Source: Adineta vaga (taxonomy: Eukaryota > Animalia > Rotifera). Taken from it: a DNA stretch of 64,000 nt. Both the position numbers and the translations under genes were made by a program. This document shows, piece by piece, positions 13,535 to 25,631 of this stretch. The notes below the pieces were generated by a model. The model did no database searches, had not been told where the DNA came from, and saw only the letters and a program-made list of their open reading frames with translations. Each line of letters starts with the position of its first letter. Within the stretch, counting starts at the first letter, position 1. The stretch covers positions 7,874,001 to 7,938,000 of the forward strand of contig CP075496.1 of NCBI GenBank assembly GCA_021613535.1, written 5' to 3'.

Positions 13535-14857
13535 CTATGAGCGAAGCCATGGAAATCTTTCAATTTTCGATGAATCCGGAAAAACATAGCTAAAAATATA
13601 ATTTAAACATTACAAATTGAATAATTTAAATACCGAACATAACAATTTACCTGCGTGTATATTCACTATTGAATGAATCAGGTATAACACGTGTTAGTGG
13701 TCGACCGGGTAAAGTAAAATCAGGTTGAGGATTGATAATAAATGGAGAAATTGATAATGGTTCAGGTTTTTTATATCGATCCATGAATTCTGTTTTACCT
13801 GGAAAAGTTAAATTAATACCTGCTTTACGAACTTCTCCATCCTGGAAACTTTCGGAAGCTATTGGTCGTGAAGCGAAATTTGGTGTTGTACTTGGACGTT
13901 TCATATCTAATGATAAGTGAAACAATACAGAAAGAATTTCTTAAACAATGCTCAAACCGGCAGTTTGTGCACGTCGTAAATAGCCAAGTAGATTTGGATT
14001 ATTAGTTGTAAATTGTCGATTCGATGATGTTGATCCTGTTGTTGCTGATGGACCGTAGTCTAAAAACAATAAAGGAAATCTTTTTTTTATTCAAAATCAG
14101 TTCAATTAAGTTATTCTAGGATTACGTCGATAAGCAAGAACCCAATTTTTCCAATCCGGTGTTGATTGTTGTTGAACAGCTGTTGTTGGACGAGGTAATG
14201 TTCGATCAGCCCATATTGTATGAACATTCAATGGTTGACCACTACCTCGAGTTAAATTATGTCGATAGCCCATATAACGATCAGTTACACCGAGATGATG
14301 AGCAATATTATCCAATCGACCGTATGAACCTGAAGCATATGGTTGAAGATTCTAAATATAGAAAAAAAAGACACCAACGATGATTTTACGAGAAGTTGTT
14401 TATTACCTGAAGATAATCAGTTAATGCGTCACATGCCCAACTATGTAATTCTCGCATTTGATTTTCTTCTTTACTTTGAATCGAAGTCGCATGAAGACAA
14501 GTTTGAAGATCACGACTAAGATCATTTCCGTGTGCAATTAATTGTTTTACATCTAAAAATTTTCGCGAAATAATTTTTGTCGAATGATTCCAGAAATAAA
14601 AACAGATGTTTACTCATTTCATTTGTTTTCATTTCATTTGGATCAAATTGTTTAGCCCAATTTTTCGATCCACGTTGAAATTCATAATCAAGTTTAATAT
14701 TATCCAATGCATTTGTGATAAGTTTAACATGATTTGTTATTTCTTGTGTTGCATAATGTTGACCAGATGTTAGAATTTCATTGAAATTAACTTGAAGATT
14801 TCTTATATCTTTTTCTAAGGTATCATTTTGTTGTGACATGAAAGTACGGTGAGACAT
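13535..14857 (-). CDS. uncharacterised protein, probable ciliary/axonemal microtubule-associated protein
   Basis: ORFs 14522-14935, 14106-14315 and 13647-13925 can be joined by GT-AG introns from MSHRTF to YVFPDSSKIERFPWLRS*. Short motifs KTEFMDRYKKP and SEYTRRYVFP resemble MIP-type repeats; an X-box lies upstream. Confidence 0.55.
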
Positions 14858-14923
14858 GTTTATCGAAATAACAAATAATACAAAGAATGAAATGAAAACT
14901 GATGTGAGGCATTTTTTAAACAT

Positions 14924-14936
14924 GTCACCTGGCAAC
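14924..14936. promoter_or_regulatory. RFX X-box motif
   Basis: GTCACCTGGCAAC matches the consensus GTNRCC-N0-3-RGYAAC, ~67 bp upstream of the ATG at 14857. Confidence 0.55.
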
Positions 14937-15353
14937 AGACTTTAAGAAGAATTTGACGGACGTTTTTTTTCAATGGAAGCCAGATATCGTAGTTGATTAG
15001 AATAAAATCAATATTTATAAATCTATTCAGCTAATTATAGAAGTTAATACACGTATAGACATAATTAAATCGATCTTGACTGGAATGAAAAACAAAATTT
15101 GTGAGTATACAGAACTACTCATGTCATGGACACACATGAATGTTCAATGATTGATTATTATGGCTTTGTAGACAAAAGAAATTAAGTCTGATCGATACAG
15201 TTCTTTGAAAAGTGTCATTTATTATGTATTATGTTTAGTCAAATAGTAATAATAGCGTATAATATTTCGATATAAAACATGATATTTATTTCATAAATAT
15301 TTATAAAAAACAGAAAAGTATTCCTTTGTTAATTCGAATCTTTCTAAATTTTT

Positions 15354-16410
15354 CTAAGAAATAGAATGAATATGTAGATCAATAAGATTCTTTGCCATCA
15401 ACTGAGTTAACAGTATACAACGATCATTCCATACAGTACCATCGATATGACTTGTATAACAAAATTTCAAATGAATGTTTTTCAATTCAGGTAATGATTT
15501 AACAAACGTCTTCCATATTCGACAGTCTAAATAAGACGTGTTTTGAAAATGAGTCCGGCATGTTAGTTTCAATTTCTGTAAATAAGGAGTTAAATTTGAT
15601 ATAAAATCAGTTAATTCAACCAATGGAATTACTAATTCATTGATATTCAACGTTAAATTTGAAATCGACGTTTGATAAGTATTGGTGTTCATTAGATTAT
15701 CCAAATGTATAAAATTCAATTGATTCGCAGTTATATATAATGATTGTAAATATGGTAAATGTTGTAAAATATGCATCAATCGATCAATATAACAAACACC
15801 ATTCGTTCCACTTAATCGTAAATATCGAATTGAACTTTGTATTGATTTATCCAATAGAAAATGACTCATACTTAATTTCAAATGCATGCGACATATTTGT
15901 AGGTTTGGTAAGCATAAAATCATTTCAAGAACAGTCGACATCGTTTTTTTGTTCATAGAGACTTTTGGACTAATATTTAAATCTCGAAGATGAAAAAGAT
16001 TTTGTTGAAAAACATCAAGAAAATCTTCATTAATATTCAAACGATGAAGAATTAATGTATCAAGTTGATGAAAATTAAATAAAGCTCCATAACTCTTCAG
16101 ATCAATCTATTCACTCGTATGACATGCAATCAAAAAATTAAAGTTGTAAAATAACACGTACTTTATTAATGGCTTCCAATCGTAAACCGGTAACATAATA
16201 TCGATGTGTTAGATTTGGTAAAACATATCGAAGTAAATACTGAGCTTCTTCATCATCATTTTTACAACTAATCTTCGTTGGTGAAACAAGAAGAATGTCA
16301 TTCAGTCTTTTATTTAAATTAAAAAATGCTTGAAATTGATCCGATATTTTCAAATATAAAAATATATCAAACCATAATTCAACAGCTAAATCTTCAATCG
16401 TACTACTCAT
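15354..16410 (-). CDS. F-box/LRR-like protein (2 exons)
   Basis: N-terminal F-box TIEDLAVELWFDIFLYL..F..LNKRLN; LRR-like repeats (LPNLQICRM, LPYLQSLYI, PYLQKLKL); intron ~16110-16160. Confidence 0.75.
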
Positions 16411-16515
16411 AATTAAAATAACCAAATGAAATGAATTATATTTTAGAAAATGTACAAGATATGTTCTTATGCAATTACATGACACAGTTATGATGAAATT
16501 TTCTATTGATAAGAA

Positions 16516-18588
16516 CTAAATAAAGATTGATTGTGCTCCCAAATGAATTATAGATGAAACACGTTGAATGTCTTGTTCAATTTCGATAATATGTGGATTC
16601 GTCGATGAAGAACTTTCACGTAAAATACGAATTACTCTTTCAAAATAGGTTAACGCTTGATTATATAAAGATTTTTGTTCATAAACAAGCCCGATATTAT
16701 GTAATGTTGATACTAAAGATATATGTTGAGATGGAAGAGATTTCGTCTTGATTTCTAATGATAGCTGATAATTTTCCAATGCTAAATCGTATTCTTCAAG
16801 ACAAAGATAAACATTTCCAATATTGTTATAGGATGAACCAAGATCAGAATGATTTTTAGGCGAAGATTTGTCTCGAATTCTCAATGCATTTTTATGTGAT
16901 TCTAATGCTTTTGAATAATTCTTCTCTATTTCATAAATACAACCTATATTATTCAAAACATCTGCTATTTGATAAAAATCTTCACCAAATAAAGTTCTCC
17001 AAATAGTCCATGCTTTCGTATAGAATTCAATTGCTTTTCGAAAATCTCCTTTCTTTTGATAAATACAACCAATACAATTATAACTTGTCGCTAAACATGG
17101 ATCATCAGTTTTCAGAATATGTAATGATTTCTCATGCCAATTTAAACTTTTTTCATAATCATCTTTAAGTAAAGCTAATACACCAAGTGCGTGATAAGAT
17201 CGCGAAAGAATTTGATAATCATTCGATAATTCTTGAAGTAATCGATGGAAATAGTTTTCTGCAAGATCATATTTACCCATTTGATGTAATAAAGTTCCAA
17301 AAGAAATGAGCGTTGTTTCTTCATTGATGCCTGTACATTCATTTCTTATATTGTCAAAAAGTATTTGTAAATTTTCATCTCTAGAATCGGAGAGAATCAT
17401 TTGAATAATCCAATAACCATCTTTATCTTGTCTGATGCTCATCAGACGAAAGACTACCTAACATGAATAAAATTTCTTGTTCTTGTGGATAAAAACTTAA
17501 TGAAGCTATAGTTGCAAATGATTTCAAATGATTTGTATTAGGATTTGCATCGATTTCGAAGAGAACTTTTTGTAAGTCGTTCGAAAATGAATCATCTTTT
17601 AAAAATTTCATTGCTTTTTGTCGATTAAGACTTGTAGAAAAGAAAGAATTGATTGATAGATATTCACCAAGAGAATTGATTAATTGATTTAATTCTTCGA
17701 TTAACATTAATTGTCCTCGATAGACACGAATTGATGTTGAACATTGATTAACTTTCAATTGTTGATCAAGATCACGAAGAAAAAAACGAAAAAGAAAGAG
17801 AAAATCGATATTTTTCAAGCGTAATGCTTTATTTAATAAGCGATAAAGACATGTTTCTCGTGTATACCACCATAAAGCTCGATTGGATGAATAATTGTCT
17901 TGAAAATCTTTCAGAAAAGCTAATTCATTAGGATTATTTCTATAAATTTGTTTGCATAAATCGATCAATTCATTTTTATCCGAATGCTTCGGTTTCATTC
18001 GTATAAGACAATCGATTAATAATTGAGAATAAACGAAATCATTATTTAATTCATTTGTAGATTTATCATTTGAATTACTTAAATTTGATAAAGCTAATGG
18101 TAATGGTTCATCAATTCTATTTCTGTGTTGTTTGGATTGATCCACTTGTATCTGTTGAAATAATTGATCAAATTTAATAAAGATTCCAGTTACCTAAATT
18201 CGTAAAAGAATTTGTCAAGTTTAAAAACAAAAAAAAAAAACGTTCACGATCGAATTACTTTTGTAAAATTTTTTGCCCATTCTTCATTTCTTTTCTTGTC
18301 CATGCAATAAACATAAATGATCGAAATTTGTCGATTATGATGAATTCGTGGTACTATTTCTTGTCCTAATCGACCACTAACAATCAGAAAGATTCGATCA
18401 TCTTTGGATGTTTCTTGAAGATATTCCTCACATTCGTGAACATGTTCAAATGTTTTCAAATGTGTAATTATCATACGAAATAATCGTTGAGCATTAATAT
18501 TATCTTCTGCAGAATTCACTGTTGAATCAAGCCAAACGAGAAAGATTGTCTCAAGATTATTATCACAGGTGATACTTTGTGTCGCCAT
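16516..18588 (-). CDS. receiver-like + NAD:arginine ADP-ribosyltransferase (ART) + TPR protein, copy A; apparent 2-nt frameshift at ~17452
   Basis: LVWLD...LIVSG...IYVYC N-terminal domain; ALWWYT, VYRGQ, FFSTS and EQEILF ART motifs; kinesin-light-chain-type TPRs. The ART and TPR ORFs overlap out of frame with no room for an intron. Confidence 0.8.
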
Positions 18589-19040
18589 CAATTGATATAC
18601 TGTATTTTTCTCATTTAATTTTACAGTAGCTTTATATACTTACTTTGTTTTTTTTTCGCGTTTCTTTTCACGTGCATGATTTACATGAAACTCATCGAGA
18701 TTGTCAATAAATGAAAGAAACGACTGCGTTTAATATTTCTCTTCACTTTTTTTTCGAGTGTAAGTGTAATAAATATTTGTATATCAGATTATACATAGAC
18801 ATATGAAAGTCATGCGAATTCCAATAGGTTACTCATAATCAATAAAATATTGCTTTCGAAAAGATATTTATCTTTGTTGTTAAAGAAAATATTTGATTGC
18901 CTAGTAGTAAATTTTCGAATATTTTCTCGAACAATCGAATGGCATATCCTCATAAGATGATTTGAAAAGAAGAAAAAACGATCGCGATTCTTTTTTTAAT
19001 ATCTTTTTTCGAATTATAATAGCAACTATGCAGCCAAATA

Positions 19041-21202
19041 CTATGCTAACTTAGCATTAACACGTTGAATGTCGTCATGAATTTGAATAATATGAGGATC
19101 AGTTGGAACTAAGACATTTTGAAAAAATGCTAATGCATCTTGATAATGTGATTGTGCTTGTTCATATTTTTTCTTACTTTCATAAATATCACCAATACTT
19201 TTCGATACCATTCCCATCGCAAGATAAGAAGGTGGTACAGATTTTGCATAGATTTGAAGGGATTTATCGTAATAATTTAGTGCATGATCGAAATTTTTTA
19301 GGTACGTTTGAGTCGTAGCAATGTTTTTATATGAATCGGCTAGTTTAGAATCAGTTGGTGGTAATTGTTTCTGATAAATTACATGTGCTTTCTCATAAGC
19401 CTCCAAAGCTTTCGAATATTTCTGTTTCTTTTGATGAATATCTCCAATGTAACTAAAACATACGGTAACCTTTGGATGATCTTTTCCAAGTTTCGTTTGA
19501 AAAATTTTCATTGCCATATAAAATAAATCCTTAGCTGGTTTATAATCATCTTTTTCCAGATAAATTTCTGCCATATTAACATAGCTATCACCAATATCCA
19601 GATGATCCTTATCAAAAAGTTCCATTTGAATATCCAAAACTTTTTTAAACCATTGTAGACTAGTCTCATAATTACCTTGCTTTTTATTCAAATTTCCAAG
19701 TGCGTTATAATAGACAATAGCATCTGCATGATCGCTTGGTACACTTTTACCATGTGAAGATAATATTTCTCTGCCTCAGGAAATCCTCGAAAACGACAAC
19801 AAACGTGTCCAAAACTAGTTTTCGGATCGGAATTATCTTCTTGATAGAAGAGCGTACGTAAATGATGATCATTTTCAGAGCATAGAACTAACTGAATGAT
19901 CCAAAGCTGATTTTCATCGATTTGAATACTTTTGAACCGAAAAATCGTTCCTGGCATAAAGAGAATTTGTTCCTCATTGGGAAAATAATTTTGAGCAGTT
20001 ATATTACTAAATGGTTTGATATTTTCTAGACGAGGATCAGCTTCAATTTCAAATAAAACTCGTTGATATTCATCAGAACAGTTCATGTCTGCTAAATATG
20101 ACTCAACTTGATGTTTCGAATTGGCAGAAAGAAATGCATTTGTTAAAATGAAACCTCCAACAGTTTTTTTAAATCGTTCTAATTTTTGAGTTAAGATTAA
20201 TTGTCCTGAGTAAACATGAATCGTATTTGAATATTTCATTTTTTCTAATTGTCGTTCAATATCATGAAGATAGAATCGAAAGAGTAATAGTAAATCAAGA
20301 TTTTGATCTCGTAATGCTTTGTTTAATATACGATAGAGAAATGATTGTCGTGTATACCACCATAGTGCACGCGAAGGGGTGTAATCTTGATCGAATTCTT
20401 CAAGAATTTTTAATTCATCCTCATTTCCTGCGTAATATCTTTGACATATGGAGAGAAGATCAATTTTATCCGTTGATGCAGAATTAGTTCGACGAAGATC
20501 ATCAATTAATAAATAAGAAAAGATGAATGAATCATACAAATGCTTCGATGGTTGTTCTTGATCAACAGCAAGTATAGGTATAGCAATAAATTTCAATGAC
20601 TCATTTAATTTATTACGTTGACGAGCAGTATGATAGTCTCGAATTGTATTTACAAGCTCATCCAAATTGACAACAAGGCTTTTTATCTAGAAACAATGCT
20701 TTTAATATTTGTGTTTAGAATTCAATCAATTTTATTAAATTTATTATCATAGTAAGCCAGATCAACTAGTTATCAAAGTTAATCATAGACAATTTTTAGA
20801 GAATTATGAAAAATCTATTCCGAAATACTCTTTCTCTTTAGGAGTATATAAGGTACAACTTACTTTAGGATAGTGTGAAGCCCATTGATCATTCTTTTGT
20901 TTATTCATACAATAGACATAGATTGAGATAATTTGTTGAAGATTATGAATAAGTGGTACAATTTCTTGACCAAATCGACCACTCACAATCAAAACAATTT
21001 GATCGCCTTTTAGTACTGAATGAATGTATTGCAGACATTCATTTGTTTGTTTAAAAATTTTCAAATCATTAATTACTGATCGGAGACGTTGTTGAATTCT
21101 TGGAAATTCTTGAGCGTAACTTACAGTAGCATCAAGCCAAACAAGAGAATATGTTTCTAAATTTTTTTCTTCGTCTGCTTGTATTAATAATGCTGTGGCC
21201 AT
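19041..21202 (-). CDS. receiver-like + degenerate ART + TPR protein, copy B; apparent 1-nt frameshift at ~19741
   Basis: Same architecture and intron position as copy A. Motifs are degenerate: VYSGQ, FLSANS, NEEQILF. The frame breaks in the first TPR (GTG TA CCA, expected GTG TTA CCA). Confidence 0.8.
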
Positions 21203-21933
21203 ATCATTCAATATGTTATAAAACAAATGCAAGTGTATGTTTTCGCTGAAAACGAATGCGTAAAAGCAGCTTTTTTTATGTGGAAAAGTTGCTTTTCAAA
21301 ATAAAAAAAAACTTTGTAAGAATGAAGGTTAGAACAAAGAAAAGAGAAGAGGAAAAAAAACGTGCGTCAGGACTATTTACTTAGCTGCCAGGTAAAAAGA
21401 ATGCACACACCTTTATTTATAAACATAACAGATTTCAACTATATATTATGGTGTTTTCATTTTTCGATAGTTCATCAGTTTTGTTTTGCAGTATAATTTC
21501 AATAAAATGATTATTTCACCATCGTTCGAGTTGAAAACTTTTGTGATGATAAAAAGTTATTATAAGAGTAAACCAAGAAAAAGAAAATTGAATCGATAAA
21601 GACTTTTTTTTCTTATTTCGATCGTACTGTCATTTTCTGATGAAAATACAAACTAGCGACATCTACATTATATGGCATCTAAAACATCCTGTTAACATAT
21701 GTTAAATATCAAATTCGGTTTTTTTCAATTTAATTTAACAAATTGCTTCAACAGTTATTATTGAAGGTTCAGTAAGCTAATCTAATTGGTTTAATGATTC
21801 ATCCATAAGAGTGAATGTGTGTTGGTAAGTAAGTGAGTGAGAAGGCATATAATCCATCTGTCGTTTCGTTTCTGATTGATGATGCTTTTAAACATCTCAC
21901 ATAAATTTTAAAACAAACTTCGTCAGACTTAAT

Positions 21934-24608
21934 ATGGGTGCACAATATTCATCTTTAAGTGATCTCAAATCTAATGAATATCTTTCCCGTTTTGTGAGTG
22001 AAACATCAATATCAAGTACAGATCCATTTTGGAATCACTTTCTTTCATTTCGTCTTCAATCTCCATTTACAACGTAAATCAAATCGTTTCTTTTTGTCTT
22101 TTCAATAAAAAACTTCGTTTTTTTCTTCCAGTTCACAATCGAAATTATTGGATGAATCAACTGCAACCTATCTTCAACAATTCGAATCAAATAATCCTCG
22201 AACAAATAACTATGGAACATTGATCGAAGTATTCATTCGTTTAGCAACAACACTTCGAGATGAATGTGATGAGTATGTTTAGTTTGTTTTTTCTTTACAA
22301 AATCAAAGAATTCAAAAGATTACTTTGATATATTTTTAGTAATAGTCTCGTTTGGCAAACATACAGTGCTCTATTTGTTCTTCGTTCAATAACAAAATAT
22401 TTCATTGAAATTGATTCTGAACAAAATCTTAATTTATATTTTGTACCACAAGAAAATTCTATGGAACATATATCATTCATTAGTATCTTTGTTGACACTT
22501 TATTTCGAACGACAATCATTCTTCCAGTGACATCCTATTCATATGCTTTACATTTGGAAGTTTTAAATACTTTACTTGCACTATTATCCATTCAAATGTG
22601 TGCCAAAGAAGCTATTCTCATTAGTTCTATTTATAGTATATTCATGCATAGACTCGAGTTAGTAATCATGATTATATTTTACAATTGACATATTTTGACA
22701 TTCTTTTAGTCCATTGTTAATCTCAGAATTTACAAGAACTTTATTAGAACATTTTATTAAACAAATTGAATGTCCAGTATTTTTAACAATGGATACAATA
22801 ACGAAATCAAATACTGATAGTGGAAGTTTGTATAAAATTGGACAAAGTGTTGCAAGTAAGTTAAACAAATTGTAAACAAAGATGTCACTTAATAGTTTTC
22901 ATTATCCTACGGGGAAATACATGAAAAGATCAATAGATTATTTATTTCAGTGAATATTATGCGACTTTTAAATATATAGGTAGTCTATGGTCTGTTGTTA
23001 CACTTGGAATGAGTTCATCAACAACGCCAACAACACCTGCCTCTGAGGAAGCAACCAACGCGACTGAACCAACGAATATTCTTCATAATCGACATTTGTC
23101 AAATCAGAGCATTCATTTACTTTTGATTTTAACTAATCATTTCACAAATGATGCTCATCGAAATCCTTATCGATTAGCTTTATTACATTTTACTGACACT
23201 CAAGGTAAATCAATTGTTTCGAAAGAAACAAAATCAACTTTCTATTTAGATACTCCGACAAATTTACCTGATTCCGAGCCATTACCATGGTTCTCAGTCG
23301 ATTATCGTTGTTTATACGATGTTATTTGTCAAACAGTACATACTGAACAAAGTACTTTACTCTTATACATGTTACTTCATCGTAATCAACATTTCAAAGC
23401 TTATGTTATATCCCGAACAAATATCGATCAAATTGTAAGAAGTTTTTCTTTCAAAATCCTAATTCAAATATTGTGTTATTTTATTTATAAAAAAAAAGGT
23501 TTTACCAATTCTTCGTATAATTTATACGGCTACGGATGGCAATTCACATCATATTTATATGTCATTAATTATTCTATTGATTTTATCTGAAGATGATTAT
23601 TTTAATAAGACGATTCATGATATTAAATTGAAAAAATTAACCTGGTAAATAATGTCAATGTTTTCATAGAGCTTGGCGAAATGTATTCTATTCGATTGTT
23701 TTCTATTTCAGGTATACTGAACGTTCAATCAACGAAATCAGTTTAGGTGGTTTATTGATCGCTATTGTTCTTCGTACAATTCAATATAACATGGCTCGTA
23801 TGCGTGATAAATATCTTCATACAAATTGTCTTGCTGCTTTAGCAAATATGTCATCACAATTTCAAAATTTACATACATATGTTACCCAACGGATTATATC
23901 TTTATTTAATTTACTTGCTCGTAAACATTCCAAAATCTTAGAACTTATTCAACAACAACCCAAACAAAAACAAACAACATCAGAATTACATTTGAAAAGC
24001 GATCTTCAACCATTGCCATCCACTGATGAAATTGTCAATGAATATATTCAAGATTTAAGTATTATCGAAGATGTGATGAGAATGGTTTTAGAAATAATCA
24101 ATTCTTGTTTAACACATACACTTCGATTGAATAGTAATTTAATATACGCATTACTTTATAATCGAGATCTTTTTGATAATTATCGTACACATCCAAATTT
24201 TCAAGATGTTTTACAAAATATTGATACTGTTATTGTCTATTTTGCTGAAAAAGTTGATCAATCACAACAACGATCGGCGGAATATGTTAAAGAAGTGATC
24301 GAAACAAATGCTAGACAATTTCCATTAGATCGATTAAAAGTAGATTGAATTTTCATCCTATTTTGATTGAATCTTTCATTTTCTTCTCAGAAATTTCCTG
24401 ATCTGAAATTTAAATATGTTGAAGAAGAACAACCAGAAGATTTCTTCGTTCCTTATGTTTGGACATTAGGTATCAAAAACGTTCTGTTTTTTCAATATTA
24501 TATTTCTTTACATCGATTTCTTTGATTTTAGTTTACAAATCATGTAATCTTCATTGGTCATCAGACTCGGTTTTTATCTTCAAACAACCATCAAATAATT
24601 CCGAATAA
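21934..24608 (+). CDS. DYM: dymeclin, multi-exon
   Basis: MGAQYSS myristoylation-type start, [61 protein letters not shown]. Confidence 0.95.
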
Positions 24609-24743
24609 GAAATAATATACATCTGTATTTCGTTTTCTTTGCCAATAAACTCCTGTCTCCTTCTCTTCTAATGTGTATTCATTCATCTTTTCTTCCTTTT
24701 GTCGATCTACATATGAAAGATATTTTAGATTTCGAAAAATAAT

Positions 24744-25477
24744 ATGGATCATTCACTGGAAGATCCTGATGATTTAGTTCGAAGAAAAATTGATCTTAAT
24801 CATATTACAAAAATGAGTGAGTAGAAATTGAATTTCAATCTCATCTAATTGATAAATTTCTCATTGTTCTAGGTTATCAAATGCATGTACCTGATTCAAT
24901 TACAGTAGGTCCCAATCGATCAACAATACCACGTCTTCATCAAGATGATGATCAATTACCGGTTCGTATGGAAGTACCAAACAGCATTCGACTTGGTAGA
25001 AACAAAATAACCCTTAATCATTTAGTTTCTAATCAGATGTACATTCTCTTTTCTAGGCAATAATATTACAACAATGGAAATATCGAATAGTATTGATAAT
25101 TCACCAAATGATGAATCAAATCATTCGTCAGATTCAACTACACAACAATATTTAAATGATAATGATTATACAACCATTGAACCAATTAATTCTCAAAATC
25201 AACCAATACAATTAGCTGATTCGTAAGTTTGATCAAACAAAAGCGAATGAGAATAAATTTATATTGACTATTCTTTTTCAGATGGCATGTTGAACCCATT
25301 ACAAATCTTGATGATAAACAGATTCTTAATAAACTTCAATTATTACAAAATCGTATTAATCAAATGGAACGAACATTAGCACGACGCGATTTTCGTGATC
25401 GCTTTGTCTATACATGCATTGTTGGCTATTTCTTTCTTCAAGCTTTACTCTCCGTACGTCGTTCAATGCTTAATTAA
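24744..25477 (+). CDS. MFF: mitochondrial fission factor (MFF/Tango11-like), 4 exons
   Basis: Two N-terminal MxVP repeats (MHVPDSI, MEVPNSI), a C-terminal coiled coil (LQLLQNRINQMER) and a tail anchor (FVYTCIVGYFFLQALL). Confidence 0.8.
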
Positions 25478-25631
25478 AATAACAAAACATAAAAAGGCAG
25501 ACTAATTTCTCACATATATATTTATTTTTTATTTGTACAAATAAATGAACTCCCTTCTTCTTTCTCGAAGTTGTAACTATACGAAGTAAACATCCCGACG
25601 AACAATTTATTTTAGATTTATTCCATCTAAA

